64,000 nucleotides of DNA from Patescibacteria group bacterium (GCA_019752815.1 JAIELQ010000005.1:49625-113624), one strand, 5' to 3'. Shown: positions 10,824 to 20,410, counted from the stretch's first letter. Made by a program: numbers and translations. Notes: generated from the sequence alone by a model not told the origin.

Positions 10824-11360
10824 ATGTTAACCAAAAAGGAAAAAATCCAATTACAAATCGTCATGACTAATGCTCATGCTGAGTTTGAGCAAGGTCTGTT
10901 GCGACATGCTCATTTTCGGGTGAGTGACAGTGGTCGGTGTGATGACTTGGTACAAGACACCTTTCTCAAAACCTGGGTGTACCTTATAAAGGCAGGCAAG
11001 ATATCTTCTATGAAACCTTTTCTGTATCACGTATTGAATTGCTTAATTATTGATGAGTACCGAAAAAAGAAAAGCGTATCACTTGATATATTGCTGGAAG
11101 CTGGATTTGAACCCGGATCGGATGATTTTGACAGAGTTGTAGACACTATTGATGGTAAGGCAGAGGTAGCTCTCATTATGACTCTGCCAGTAGCGTATCA
11201 AAAGATTATGAGTTTGCGCTACATAGATGACTTGTCACTCTCAGAGATTGCGCTGGAAACTGGTTTGACGAAAAATTTAGTAGCAGTAAAAACGCACCGT
11301 GGCATGGAAAAATTACGACAACTGTATGACGAGCGTTTTTCAAAAAAAGTTTTAGTGTAA
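10824..11360 (+). CDS. ECF-type RNA polymerase sigma-70 family factor
   Basis: Region 2 is VQDTFLKTWVYL. Region 4 HTH is LSLSEIALETGLTKNLVAVKTHRGMEKLRQ. Length is 178 aa. Confidence 0.8.
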   Translation: MLTKKEKIQLQIVMTNAHAEFEQGLLRHAHFRVSDSGRCDDLVQDTFLKTWVYLIKAGKISSMKPFLYHVLNCLIIDEYRKKKSVSLDILLEAGFEPGSDDFDRVVDTIDGKAEVALIMTLPVAYQKIMSLRYIDDLSLSEIALETGLTKNLVAVKTHRGMEKLRQLYDERFSKKVLV

Positions 11361-11438
11361 TAGAGGAGTGGGTTTCGCGGTAGTACGTAAGCTGACTGAA
11401 GTGTAATCAGTCAATCTACTAGTTTAATTAAAAAATCT

Positions 11439-11840
11439 ATGCAAAACATCATCGATACTGCGATAAGTAATCCGCAATTCTCTACTCTGGTAACGGCCAT
11501 TAAAGCAGCTGATTTAGTGGAAACACTCAGTGGTGCCGGACCGTTCACTGTTTTTGCTCCAACAAATGAAGCTTTCAAAAAGATAGCCCCAGATACGCTC
11601 ACTGCGGTACTAGCAGATAAGGATAAGTTAACCAATATTCTGACCTATCACGTTGTGTCAGGAAAAGTAATGTCAGCTGATGTGATGAAGCTCACAGAAG
11701 CAAAAACTGTACAGGGTACAATGTTGGCCATTGATGCAACTGACGGAGTAACTGTAAATACTGCAAAAGTAACCTCAGCTGACATTGAATGCACTAATGG
11801 TGTCATTCATGTGATTGATACGGTATTAATGCCGGCATAA
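11439..11840 (+). CDS. Fasciclin (FAS1) domain protein
   Basis: FTVFAPTNEAFKK and HVVSGKV..TNGVIHVIDTVLMP are classic FAS1 motifs. Confidence 0.85.
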   Translation: MQNIIDTAISNPQFSTLVTAIKAADLVETLSGAGPFTVFAPTNEAFKKIAPDTLTAVLADKDKLTNILTYHVVSGKVMSADVMKLTEAKTVQGTMLAIDATDGVTVNTAKVTSADIECTNGVIHVIDTVLMPA

Positions 11841-11857
11841 ATTGCATTGCATATTAC

Positions 11858-11884
11858 AAAAAACCGATTACCATCGGTTTTTTG
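11858..11884 (+). terminator. Rho-independent terminator
   Basis: AACCGAT-TACC-ATCGGTT followed by TTTTT. Confidence 0.7.
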
Positions 11885-11983
11885 TAATATTTAAGCAGTA
11901 GTGACGGCTTGATAGTGTAGAGGCAGATAACTCTCTAGGTACGTTATATGAATCTTATCCTTAATTAATTTTAATTAACTTAT

Positions 11984-12253
11984 ATGTTTACAAATACACT
12001 CTCAACCCAATTTACCCTGAAACTCGCAGTGGCTTCAACTATCGCTCTTAGTGGGTTTGTTGCTCTGACTGGTTTGGCTAATGCTGCAACGTACGCATAC
12101 GTAGATGCAGCTGGTGATGTAAAATCAGTGGTAGCAAACGACTGGAAAACAGCCATTGCCACCGCCCCAAATATTCATATCCATAGTGGCGTGATGTTGC
12201 TTACAACAGCAGCGGACTACACGATTGTGGGTGACTCAGTCTCAGGCTACTAA
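11984..12253 (+). CDS. Small secreted hypothetical protein
   Basis: Signal-peptide-like N-terminus ([21 protein letters not shown]). 89 aa. Confidence 0.45.
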   Translation: MFTNTLSTQFTLKLAVASTIALSGFVALTGLANAATYAYVDAAGDVKSVVANDWKTAIATAPNIHIHSGVMLLTTAADYTIVGDSVSGY

Positions 12254-12370
12254 ACCTCGTTGTGTGACCTACCAACTAAATGCACGGCATTTGGCTGGTA
12301 GAGAGTGACTGCGAGCGTGGGGGAGGTAAGTAGAGCAAGTTCTTTATTCTGAGTTAAAAATTGAACAATT

Positions 12371-13462
12371 ATGAAAAAAATTTCAACCGCCGCGCTGACA
12401 CTGGTGCTACCACTTTTGGCCTTGAGTGCGTTTTTAGTAGGCGTACCACAAACTGAGGCAGCCACAACTGATCCGGCCTGTACTCTCTATATCATCCATA
12501 ATAATCAAGTGAGCGAAACAAAATCACAGATTAACATCCAAGTAGCAAAAAACGATTTTGTGGGATTGATTTGGTATGGCATGAATGTCACGTCTGCAGT
12601 CGATACAGATGCTAAAACAGTGCCTACACTTGGTGCTCAAATAATTTTACCCACACGTGATAAGTCGTATTCGTATACCTTTAGCAATGGTGTAAAAAAT
12701 GTTACCTGTAACATTGATATTGAAGTAATTTCAGGGAGTGTATCAACAAAAAGTACTGCCAAATCAGATGAAAAATTTACCCTGACAGGAAAAGTTGAAG
12801 GAGCAACCAAAGCGGTTATAGCGTTTTATGCTCCCGGTGCTACCACACCGATTTATACTACAAAAGCAGTGACACTCAAGCGTGAAAAATTTAGTTTTAA
12901 AATGCCAAAAGCATTAGTTGATGATACGTATCATATCGTATTGCAAACCACTGATGCAAAGCCAATTGTGCTCGCCACGAGTACCATTACTGTTGGTAAG
13001 CCAAAGCCAGTGGCGCAAACGACCCTAGTAGTGCAAACAGTCCCATTACTATCGGGTGGGGTGGTCAAGGTAGGACGCGGGGTCGCCGTGGCGTACCTGC
13101 AAGTAATCAATGTTGGTACCACTCCAGCTCAATTAACGGACTTTACCTTTGGGCAAGTAGGAACTGCGCCGACTACAGCAATTGTAGGAGTGAGTATTAA
13201 TGATGAACTGGGATTAAGTAAGGGCTCAGTAGGGAATATGGTATCCGGGACACCGTTTACGGGGAATAAAGTAGTAATACCAGTGCCGGTAACCCTCGCT
13301 GCTAAAGAATCACGACTCTTTACGGTTCGGGCGGTGGTGGGTGCTAATGCTACTGCTAACATCGGCCAAACGATGTTGCTGTCGCTACAATCAATCACCG
13401 GTAACGCCAAAATTCAGAGTTCTCTTCCGGTAAACGGTGTGACGTGGACGATAGGGCAGTAA
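12371..13462 (+). CDS. Secreted hypothetical protein (363 aa)
   Basis: Signal peptide MKKISTAALTLVLPLLALSAFLVGVPQTEA. Thr/Val-rich beta-type sequence. No domain recognised. Confidence 0.55.
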   Translation: MKKISTAALTLVLPLLALSAFLVGVPQTEAATTDPACTLYIIHNNQVSETKSQINIQVAKNDFVGLIWYGMNVTSAVDTDAKTVPTLGAQIILPTRDKSYSYTFSNGVKNVTCNIDIEVISGSVSTKSTAKSDEKFTLTGKVEGATKAVIAFYAPGATTPIYTTKAVTLKREKFSFKMPKALVDDTYHIVLQTTDAKPIVLATSTITVGKPKPVAQTTLVVQTVPLLSGGVVKVGRGVAVAYLQVINVGTTPAQLTDFTFGQVGTAPTTAIVGVSINDELGLSKGSVGNMVSGTPFTGNKVVIPVPVTLAAKESRLFTVRAVVGANATANIGQTMLLSLQSITGNAKIQSSLPVNGVTWTIGQ

Positions 13463-13519
13463 TGTGTGATTTTTTACCTGAACAGGTTCAGAACACTTGG
13501 TTCAGGAATTTAGACAAGC

Positions 13520-13600
13520 AAATTGGTCACAAATTCAGAGAGCGTTGGATAGGAGTGGAATTTTGTATTTCTACCCAAGTCAGGTACTTCAGAACTCGAG
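13520..13600 (+). repeat. Direct repeat DR1 (about 80 nt); about 80 percent identical to DR2 at 15085..15170
   Basis: Shared core AAtTGGTCaCaAATTCAGAGAGcGTTGGATAGgAG...GGATTtT...TTCAGAACTcGAgT. Confidence 0.6.
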
Positions 13601-13606
13601 TGGATA

Positions 13607-13640
13607 AAAAGAAAGACCGCCCCCCAACGGTCTCTCAAAT
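13607..13640 (-). terminator. Terminator for the minus-strand gene 13684..14256
   Basis: On the minus strand: GAGACCGTTGGGGGGCGGTCTT hairpin then TTCTTTTT. Confidence 0.55.
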
Positions 13641-13683
13641 GAGATGGGTTGTGGCGATCATCTTACCTCCATTGTTTGCATTC

Positions 13684-14256
13684 CTAGCTTAAGCCTAAGT
13701 ACCGGACCGCCCGTTCGGGGTCTATCCTGTAGGGTGTTTCGTGACCCTCTAGGAAATGATGCTCGCGTATCAAGTGAGGATGTAGGTCTGAGAATATCAT
13801 TGCCCAGTCGTATTTCACCAACATCGTATAGTAGTCGAGTGGTATTGTTGAGTTTTGGACGAATCTCGTCTTCACTCCTTCAGGACAATCTTTATTGACT
13901 ACAAAGATCTGAGTGACCTTTAACGAAAGCCCGAAAGGTCCAGTAGTGCAAAAATCTCCCCAAGGACAAACGGGACTGTGTATGTAGTATTCCCGAAATA
14001 TCCGATTTCCACACACATGCTCATCATCGGTCTGGAATAGTCGTTCAATAGCACTGGCTAGTTCTTCATACGAAAGGTTGAGACGCTTTATAGTTTCTCG
14101 ATCCTTTTCAATCAACTGGTATAGATCTTCATTTGCGCCTAGGTAGCCAAAACGCAACTGTTCGTCAGGATGGTTTGGACGTAGTCTTTTCAATAACTCG
14201 TTTTTCGACGGTCGAGGCATTGAAAAGGGGAGTTCATTTTGTAAATTTCGTCCCAT
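13684..14256 (-). CDS. Hypothetical protein (cassette 1 cargo)
   Basis: ORF 13684..14334. Likely start is the ATGATG at 14256, preceded by GAGGAT. His/Cys-containing (CPWGDFCTTGPFG, HPHLIREHHFLEGHE). No domain recognised. Confidence 0.5.
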   Translation of the reverse strand: MGRNLQNELPFSMPRPSKNELLKRLRPNHPDEQLRFGYLGANEDLYQLIEKDRETIKRLNLSYEELASAIERLFQTDDEHVCGNRIFREYYIHSPVCPWGDFCTTGPFGLSLKVTQIFVVNKDCPEGVKTRFVQNSTIPLDYYTMLVKYDWAMIFSDLHPHLIREHHFLEGHETPYRIDPERAVRYLGLS

Positions 14257-14360
14257 CATTATCCTCGTTTTCAGGTACTGAAGCTTATCTGAGAAAAACT
14301 CTACACTAAATAATTTTGAAAGACAACAGTTCAAATTTTAGTTAACTTTTCTTTACAATA

Positions 14361-14383
14361 GCTCCCCAGGCAGGATTCGAAGC
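14361..14383 (+). repeat. Degenerate copy A of the tRNA-Asn 3' end (att-like)
   Basis: GCTCCCCAGGCAGGATTCGAAGC versus the tRNA 3' end GCTCCCCGGGCAGGATTCGAACC at 20410..20432. A roughly 60-nt imperfect palindrome follows (CTTTCGC...GCGAAAG). Confidence 0.65.
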
Positions 14384-14545
14384 TTACTTTCGCAAGTGAG
14401 TAAGGAATACAAAATTTACTTGGTTTTGAGTTACTAACTCAGCGAAAGAATATTTGCATACAGCTTCAGCACAGGTTGTCGCTCGCTTGTTTCTAAATCA
14501 ACAATATCACTGGATAAAATTAAGAAACTGCTTTCTGAGCTTACG

Positions 14546-14947
14546 TTACATAAACGCAGACAGTAGGAAGTACGCCACAATGGAGTTGATTACAAGACCA
14601 AGGACAAATGTAAAAGCAAAACTAAATGACCCCCTACTCATATGACTGCCAAGTTGTGACGTAAAGTAGAACAACATTCCTAACACCGAACAAACAATTA
14701 ATGCCTCTAGTTGAGAAATATCTATGATTGTGGCCTGCCAATAGTCACCCGCCATGTACTGTCTAGTTGTATATGCATTAGGACGACCATAGCCTAAAAA
14801 CACCCCTAACGTTGGATCTAATCGAATAAAAACAAAAAGTACAATGGCATATAAAAATGACCAAAAGAACCCGTTTTCTTTTTGTTTCGATATCCCTTTG
14901 AGTTGTTTATAAAAAAAGCAACAGATTACATAAGTAATTGCATGCAT
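14546..14947 (-). CDS. Hypothetical polytopic membrane protein (AT-rich gene)
   Basis: 133 aa with four hydrophobic helices. Local GC is clearly below the window average. Confidence 0.5.
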   Translation of the reverse strand: MHAITYVICCFFYKQLKGISKQKENGFFWSFLYAIVLFVFIRLDPTLGVFLGYGRPNAYTTRQYMAGDYWQATIIDISQLEALIVCSVLGMLFYFTSQLGSHMSRGSFSFAFTFVLGLVINSIVAYFLLSAFM

Positions 14948-15084
14948 ATTTAGGCACTATACGCTTCAAAGAAGAAGGGGTGTGGAGTCATAAGTTGATA
15001 TGTATATGCGTTCATATGTAAACAAAATGATTGCAATATTAATTATGTTAGCACGAATGGTTCGAACTCCGCCAAGGTACGTGG

Positions 15085-15170
15085 ATTTTGATAAGTAACT
15101 GGTCGCTAATTCAGAGAGAGTTGGATAGAAGCCGGATTATATTTGGTAATCATAGTTAAATATTTCAGAA
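15085..15170 (+). repeat. Direct repeat DR2 (partner of DR1)
   Basis: AACTGGTCGCTAATTCAGAGAGAGTTGGATAGAAGCCGGATTAT...TTCAGAACTAGAATTCAG. Confidence 0.6.
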
Positions 15171-15222
15171 CTAGAATTCAGTAAATGAAAAGGCCAGCAA
15201 AAAATCTGCTGGCCTCCAATGA

Positions 15223-15648
15223 TCAATCATTCAATGGTGCTGACACTGGTGTCCGGTATTCATACGCTAGGACATCAGCGGGCGGCTCTTCAATCGCCGT
15301 GTGGCGAATGAAGAGAACGCCATTCCGCAGCAGCATGTTCGGCCCTGCGCTACCTCGGTAGCGGCCAAACGAAACTGCAACAGCGCCGGCCTTTGCAAAT
15401 GCCTTGCACAGCTCGATCAGCAATCCTGTCGGCTTATTGTCTTCTGAGATATACTTTTCAATCTGACCATCCACATCGATGTGGGCCACACCGTGGTCTG
15501 AGCAATTCAACGCCTTGCTGTTATCACCCTTGAGGGTGATAGTGAGAAAAGGCTGTTTGAACGGCAACGGGTTGTCTGCATTTGCCGACATGTGCGGGTT
15601 ATACCGCGCCATAATCTTCTCCATAAAGTCACCTATCGCATTATCCAT
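15223..15648 (-). CDS. Hypothetical protein (GC-rich, cassette 2 cargo)
   Basis: 141-aa ORF. GC is roughly 58 percent versus about 45 percent in the window, suggesting foreign origin. No domain recognised. Confidence 0.5.
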   Translation of the reverse strand: MDNAIGDFMEKIMARYNPHMSANADNPLPFKQPFLTITLKGDNSKALNCSDHGVAHIDVDGQIEKYISEDNKPTGLLIELCKAFAKAGAVAVSFGRYRGSAGPNMLLRNGVLFIRHTAIEEPPADVLAYEYRTPVSAPLND

Positions 15649-15715
15649 CTGTCTTCTCCTTCTGTTTCTGAACCAAAAATACAGTAATACAAAATATAAA
15701 CCATGTCAATATAAA

Positions 15716-15738
15716 GCTCCCCGGGCAGGATTTGAAGC
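15716..15738 (+). repeat. Degenerate copy B of the tRNA-Asn 3' end (att-like)
   Basis: GCTCCCCGGGCAGGATTTGAAGC. Copies A and B share the GAAGCTT variant. Confidence 0.65.
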
Positions 15739-15767
15739 TTTTAGGTCCGTGTGTTTCTAAGTGGTGA

Positions 15768-18164
15768 TTACAATGCCCACTTCGGTCGACGGTAGTAGGT
15801 AAAGGCAAGTAACACACTAATAAATATCAAGGGTATAAGTAATCGCTGGCGAAAAGTATTGGTTACTGGGGTGTCTTGTGTGCCATCGTCAGCTTGGGCG
15901 ATATTGGTGCCGAGTATAGTTGGTAGACTATCAATAATAGTTTCAGTGGTGGTAGCTACTCCCAGCACAGTCGGGAGTGTGTCGTCAGTCAGAAAGCTAG
16001 CATTTGATTGCATCAAGAGTGGGTAGGTGAGGGCCGTGGGTAGATTAGTTGCACGGTAGAGAATTGTACCGTGGGCCAAATTCTGTCTCGACGCTACGTT
16101 ATTTTGCAGTAGGGTAGTATCGAGGGTGTAGGTGCCTGGATTAGCACCCCCCATAAAGGTAATCTCGTATAAAACGGTTATTTCCTCATAGGGCAGGAGA
16201 GTGCCAATGTCCCAGACCTCGGTTTGAATTATATTCCCAAGCTCGTCTCGTAAATTATCGGTGAGGCTTATGTTCATAAAGGTCTTGCTCGTTGGATTAT
16301 TGATGATGATGTGCTGCGGGGAGACTTCTCCTTGGTGTGTAATACTGCTGGTCGATAGACGATTAATTGTGATATTACTCAGATTAGTCATAGCGGGTGT
16401 ATCGGATAGATTTTTTAACACCGTATTTTTCTTGCTGGTATTAGAACCGCCACTACTAACTTTTTTACTGGCGTAAATTGTTCCGGTATCAGAATTGTCT
16501 TGTGTATTATTATCGTTTTCGTGTGAGGTTACATTAACGGTGTTAGTAATTTCTGTACCAGGGACCGTGTTACGAACTTTTGCTTGATATGATATTTGGC
16601 TTGATTCGCCTACTGCGAGTGGCTCGGGTAAGTTGAAGGAAATCGTTCCGTCACTTAGGGTTGTGTAGGTATGTGAGGAATCAATGATCGAGAGGTGTGC
16701 GGTATCAAAATCGTCACGAACGATGACGTTGTTGGCGATGGCGTCACCTTGATTGATGATGGTGTAGGTATAGGTAACTACGCTATCGTTTTTTATGGTT
16801 GCAGGAGTAGAAATCTCCTCACCAATCCAAAGGTCAGGTCGGCCAAAGGCGAGGTTGCCGGTAAAGTCGCCAAAGATATTAATTATAGCGAGTGTCCAAT
16901 TTCTTCCGATGACGGTGGCGTTAGCAACAGTGACCACATTGGCGCCAATCAATGCGTCACCGGTGGTAATCAGGGACGAATCTGCTCCGGTAATGGTATT
17001 TTGTCCACTGTTGGCAGTGAGGGTTGCATTGGTAGTGATAGCGGCGGTGTTGGTGGCGCTGACTGTACGTTGTGCCGCAGCAGTACTGCCCTGATTTGAG
17101 TTGGTGAGGTAGTATGAACCATCATCTCCTTTGATTACTTCTATCTCGGGAATTAATCCTTGAATTTCACCCAGCCAATCACCATGAACTTTGAGCATAA
17201 TAACCATTGAGTCACCACCAAGGAGGGCGCTGTTAATAGAATTAATAGTTTGAGTGACACTTTTGGCATTGCCGGTTAGGGTGGTAGTAACGTTACCGTC
17301 TACGGTGTTATTGCCAGTATTAGAATTAGACTCAATGTTGCTTGTTACTAAAGCTTGATTTTGAATATCGATATTGGTCGGAACGGTTGAGACCGCTGAG
17401 GTAAAAAAGTTATTTAGTCCAGGAAAAATAATATCACCCGTAACATCACGAAAGGCATTTACTGTGACTACCAAATAGTGTGAATCAATAAAGGTACTGT
17501 TAGCGATTGTGACGAGATTCAGGCCCGTAAATGCGTCGCCCGTTTCAATCAGAGCATTACCTAGATTTGTTTCCAGTTCGTTGTTCCCGGTAATCGATTC
17601 AAGGAAAATTGTATTATCGATTGTAGCGCCGTTTATTACGCCAACACTGACTGCGTCAGAAGATAAGCAGGTATGTAAATCGCAGGGGACGCTTGTGCTA
17701 CTTTGTGGACGGAAATCAAGCGCGTTAGTTTGGTTGTTGTGTAGCTGAGCAAAAATAATTTCACCTTGGGAATTAACAGAAGTGGTATTCACGACATTTA
17801 AAATATTAGCGGCAGCGAGCGCATCACCAGTAACGATACTGGTGGTAGTCGCTATGATTGCTGTTTCCGTGGTGGTTGCCTGTGCATCGCTTGTAGTAGC
17901 GGGGGTAGATTCGAGATCGCTCGTGGTAGCCACGCTTTCGCTACGCTCTTCGCTTGTCGTAGAAATCGGTTTTGTTACCTGAGGAGGGGTGTTAGTTACT
18001 ATATCCACAATGACGCTTGTTTCTGCTGGGTTTGTTTCTGTTTGTGACTGACCGGCTTCTGTATCTTCATCCGCATATACGGAGGTTGAAAATAGGGGAG
18101 TGCTGAGGAGAAGCATCAGGGCAGCAAATATTCCAGCGGCAAATTTTTTGATGTATGTTTTCAT
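15768..18164 (-). CDS. Large surface/adhesin-like protein (798 aa) with signal peptide and C-terminal TM anchor
   Basis: N-terminal signal peptide MKTYIKKFAAGIFAALMLLLSTPLFSTSVYA. Thr/Asn/Ser-rich beta-repeat body. C-terminal LLIPLIFISVLLAFTYYRRPKWAL is a hydrophobic anchor with a basic tail. Confidence 0.7.
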   Translation of the reverse strand: MKTYIKKFAAGIFAALMLLLSTPLFSTSVYADEDTEAGQSQTETNPAETSVIVDIVTNTPPQVTKPISTTSEERSESVATTSDLESTPATTSDAQATTTETAIIATTTSIVTGDALAAANILNVVNTTSVNSQGEIIFAQLHNNQTNALDFRPQSSTSVPCDLHTCLSSDAVSVGVINGATIDNTIFLESITGNNELETNLGNALIETGDAFTGLNLVTIANSTFIDSHYLVVTVNAFRDVTGDIIFPGLNNFFTSAVSTVPTNIDIQNQALVTSNIESNSNTGNNTVDGNVTTTLTGNAKSVTQTINSINSALLGGDSMVIMLKVHGDWLGEIQGLIPEIEVIKGDDGSYYLTNSNQGSTAAAQRTVSATNTAAITTNATLTANSGQNTITGADSSLITTGDALIGANVVTVANATVIGRNWTLAIINIFGDFTGNLAFGRPDLWIGEEISTPATIKNDSVVTYTYTIINQGDAIANNVIVRDDFDTAHLSIIDSSHTYTTLSDGTISFNLPEPLAVGESSQISYQAKVRNTVPGTEITNTVNVTSHENDNNTQDNSDTGTIYASKKVSSGGSNTSKKNTVLKNLSDTPAMTNLSNITINRLSTSSITHQGEVSPQHIIINNPTSKTFMNISLTDNLRDELGNIIQTEVWDIGTLLPYEEITVLYEITFMGGANPGTYTLDTTLLQNNVASRQNLAHGTILYRATNLPTALTYPLLMQSNASFLTDDTLPTVLGVATTTETIIDSLPTILGTNIAQADDGTQDTPVTNTFRQRLLIPLIFISVLLAFTYYRRPKWAL

Positions 18165-18263
18165 GAAAATATTTTGTAATGATAAATCCTGTCCTTAGAT
18201 ACCCTGACGAAGTAGCTTCGCAATGGTATCTAAAAACAGGGGGTCCTGTTTTTAGAGTAAACC

Positions 18264-19364
18264 TTAGTTACGGACGATTCGGGTCATGGTACGACCTGAG
18301 GTAGTCACAATAGTAGCCAGCGAGTCAGAGACACCGGTATTAACCGCGCCGCCATTTCCACCGTTACCACCAGTACCGCCGGTGCCAGCAGTTGAATCAT
18401 TTGATTCAGATCCACTACCACTTGTGTTACCTCCGTCACCACCACGCTCTGCCCGTGCACCACGAGAGGTATTGTCTCCGGTTTGGGCATTCACCGCGAC
18501 GGCGTTACCGACATTAGCTGTATTGGTGTTTGCTGCAGCAATGTCATCTTCGTCATCAACATGAGTGCGAGTGTATTCAATTGATAGGTTGTCGTATTCG
18601 ACAAGACTAATGTCTGAAGTAAGTGTTACATCATCAGAAATGGCGTTATTTGACGATGAATTTGATTCAGATGAATTGTCGTACTCACTCGCTGATTCTG
18701 ATTCAGTGTTGTTTGACTCTGATTCAGAGTTTGATGAACTAGATTCTGAATTAGAGCTTGAACTTTCGTCAGTGTCATCTGATGAATCACTATCAGATGA
18801 AGAGTCAGACGCTTCATTTTCAGAAGCTGATTCTGAGTTAGCTTCCTCACTTTCAGATTCACTTCCTGTTACAGAAGTACTTTCTGATTCTTGTTGTGAA
18901 GAGTTTTCATCGTAGTCTTGAACATATGATGTAGATTCATCATAGGTCATGCCAGTTTCAGATTGGTATGACAATGTTTCATCATAATTTTCGTCGTTTC
19001 CGTTATTGTCTTCGATAACGGTATCGGTAGTGTTAACATCATTGCGAATGTCAGCAGTGGCGATAGCATCACCGGTCGTGATGCTGCCACCATTTCCGCC
19101 ATTTCCACCATCGCCACCGTCGCCGGCAGTACTACTGCCGTCATTAGAACCGCTGACGTTACCACCTTCACCACCACGATTCGCCCGAGCGCCTCGAGAA
19201 GTGTTTCCACCAGTGTTGGCTCCAACTGTTACTTGGTTAGTAACCGTTGCTTCGTTGTCGTTAGTAACGGTTATTGCTCCAGCCAAAGCTGTTTGTCCAC
19301 CGACAGCCACCATACTTAATATGGCGAGTGTCGCAGTAGATTTTGCTAAAATGTTTGTTCTCAT
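18264..19364 (-). CDS. Secreted polyanionic low-complexity protein with an internal duplicated Gly/Asn domain
   Basis: Signal peptide. Two similar Gly/Asn-rich segments (..GGNTSRGARA.RGG.GGN.SGS..STAG.GG.GGNGGNGG..) flank an extremely Ser/Asp/Glu-rich stretch (SESESEEANSESASENEASDSSSDSDSSDDTDESSSSNSESSSS...). Confidence 0.6.
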   Translation of the reverse strand: MRTNILAKSTATLAILSMVAVGGQTALAGAITVTNDNEATVTNQVTVGANTGGNTSRGARANRGGEGGNVSGSNDGSSTAGDGGDGGNGGNGGSITTGDAIATADIRNDVNTTDTVIEDNNGNDENYDETLSYQSETGMTYDESTSYVQDYDENSSQQESESTSVTGSESESEEANSESASENEASDSSSDSDSSDDTDESSSSNSESSSSNSESESNNTESESASEYDNSSESNSSSNNAISDDVTLTSDISLVEYDNLSIEYTRTHVDDEDDIAAANTNTANVGNAVAVNAQTGDNTSRGARAERGGDGGNTSGSGSESNDSTAGTGGTGGNGGNGGAVNTGVSDSLATIVTTSGRTMTRIVRN

Positions 19365-19574
19365 AATGTGTAAGATTATTTATTAATTTGTCGAAGCAAA
19401 ATTGTTTGATATAAAAAAATAACAAATTACCTCCAGACAAAACTAATACCGCGGTGGTCAAATGTAGATTACAAACTGAGTTCAAAAGTTGCTCACTAGG
19501 CAACAGAAAAATAGATACGTCATTAATTTAAAAAAAATTACCACCCGAGTTTCATCGGGTGGTTTTGATAATAA

Positions 19575-20165
19575 TTACTCTGATTCTGTGATGTCTTGCA
19601 CAGATGGTGTTTTGAGTTTTATCTTTTGTTTAATTTCGTCACCTTTGGCAAACTGTATGTAAATTGTTTCGCTGGCGGCTCGTTTGCTTATGCCTTCAAT
19701 TGCGGTCGCTTCGTCGGGACTCGCCTCCATTGCTTCAACATTCAGTTCCCATTTTCGGCGCAGAAATTTCAACTTCCGTAACGTAATTAAACGCTCAATA
19801 AGGGTGACCACTTCTTTAGCACTACGTGGCACACTGATGCCTGCAGGCGTATTTCTCCAACCTAACGTGCCAGTTGCCCAGGTAACGGAACGTTGTTTGC
19901 CGTTGTCGGTGAGCGTTGTTTTATGAGTGCGTGCGTACTCTTTTAGAATGGTGAATTTTTCAGCAAACTCGTCTGACACTTTTGCTGCCTTTTGGTCAGC
20001 TACCACCACCAATACATTGATGGCTTGATTCAGTTCAACCTGCTGCTGCTCAAGTTTGAGCTTCAGTTTCTCTAGTTCTCCCAACAACTGGGCAGCTTCA
20101 GCATCGTTTGTCGGTATAGGGAAGGTATGTTTTTTGGCCACGATAGGCTCCTTTGAAATGAACAT
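19575..20165 (-). CDS. Phage Mu Gam-like host-nuclease inhibitor family protein
   Basis: N-terminal coiled coil (LLGELEKLKLKLEQQQVELNQAINVL) then the Gam-like core KTTLTDNGKQRSVTWATGTLGWRNTPAGISV..AKEVVTLIERL. Confidence 0.6.
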   Translation of the reverse strand: MFISKEPIVAKKHTFPIPTNDAEAAQLLGELEKLKLKLEQQQVELNQAINVLVVVADQKAAKVSDEFAEKFTILKEYARTHKTTLTDNGKQRSVTWATGTLGWRNTPAGISVPRSAKEVVTLIERLITLRKLKFLRRKWELNVEAMEASPDEATAIEGISKRAASETIYIQFAKGDEIKQKIKLKTPSVQDITESE

Positions 20166-20296
20166 TTCTTATATAAGGCCGATTGTGTTTTGAGATGATT
20201 GCAGGTTGTTTTCTTCTTGGGTAGGATTCGATTCCTACAGAATCTATGCAGCGTTTGGATATTTTGTGCGCAAGCTACAAAATATCTCAAAACGCT

Positions 20297-20398
20297 TTTC
20301 GAATCCTGACGCAAGGCACGTGTAGTGCCTTGCTCCCGGGGAGCGTGTGATCATAGGTACAGTAAAAGCCACAAGCTGATGCTTGTGGCTTTTACTGT
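20297..20398. repeat. Palindromic structure next to the tRNA-Asn 3' end
   Basis: Perfect 18-bp inverted repeat ACAGTAAAAGCCACAAGC-TGAT-GCTTGTGGCTTTTACTGT at 20361..20398. At 20297..20346 there is an inverted copy of the tRNA 3' motif (CGCTCCCCGGGAG...CAGGATTCGAA on the minus strand), split by the hairpin GCAAGGCAC-TACAC-GTGCCTTGC. Confidence 0.6.
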
Positions 20399-20410
20399 AT
20401 GATTACTACG

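Noticed and set aside
16261-17099. Plus-strand ORFs inside the 798-aa adhesin gene, and 18286..18915 and 19006..19386 inside the acidic-protein gene
   Set aside because: Shadow ORFs of long repetitive minus-strand genes. Their translations are low complexity.
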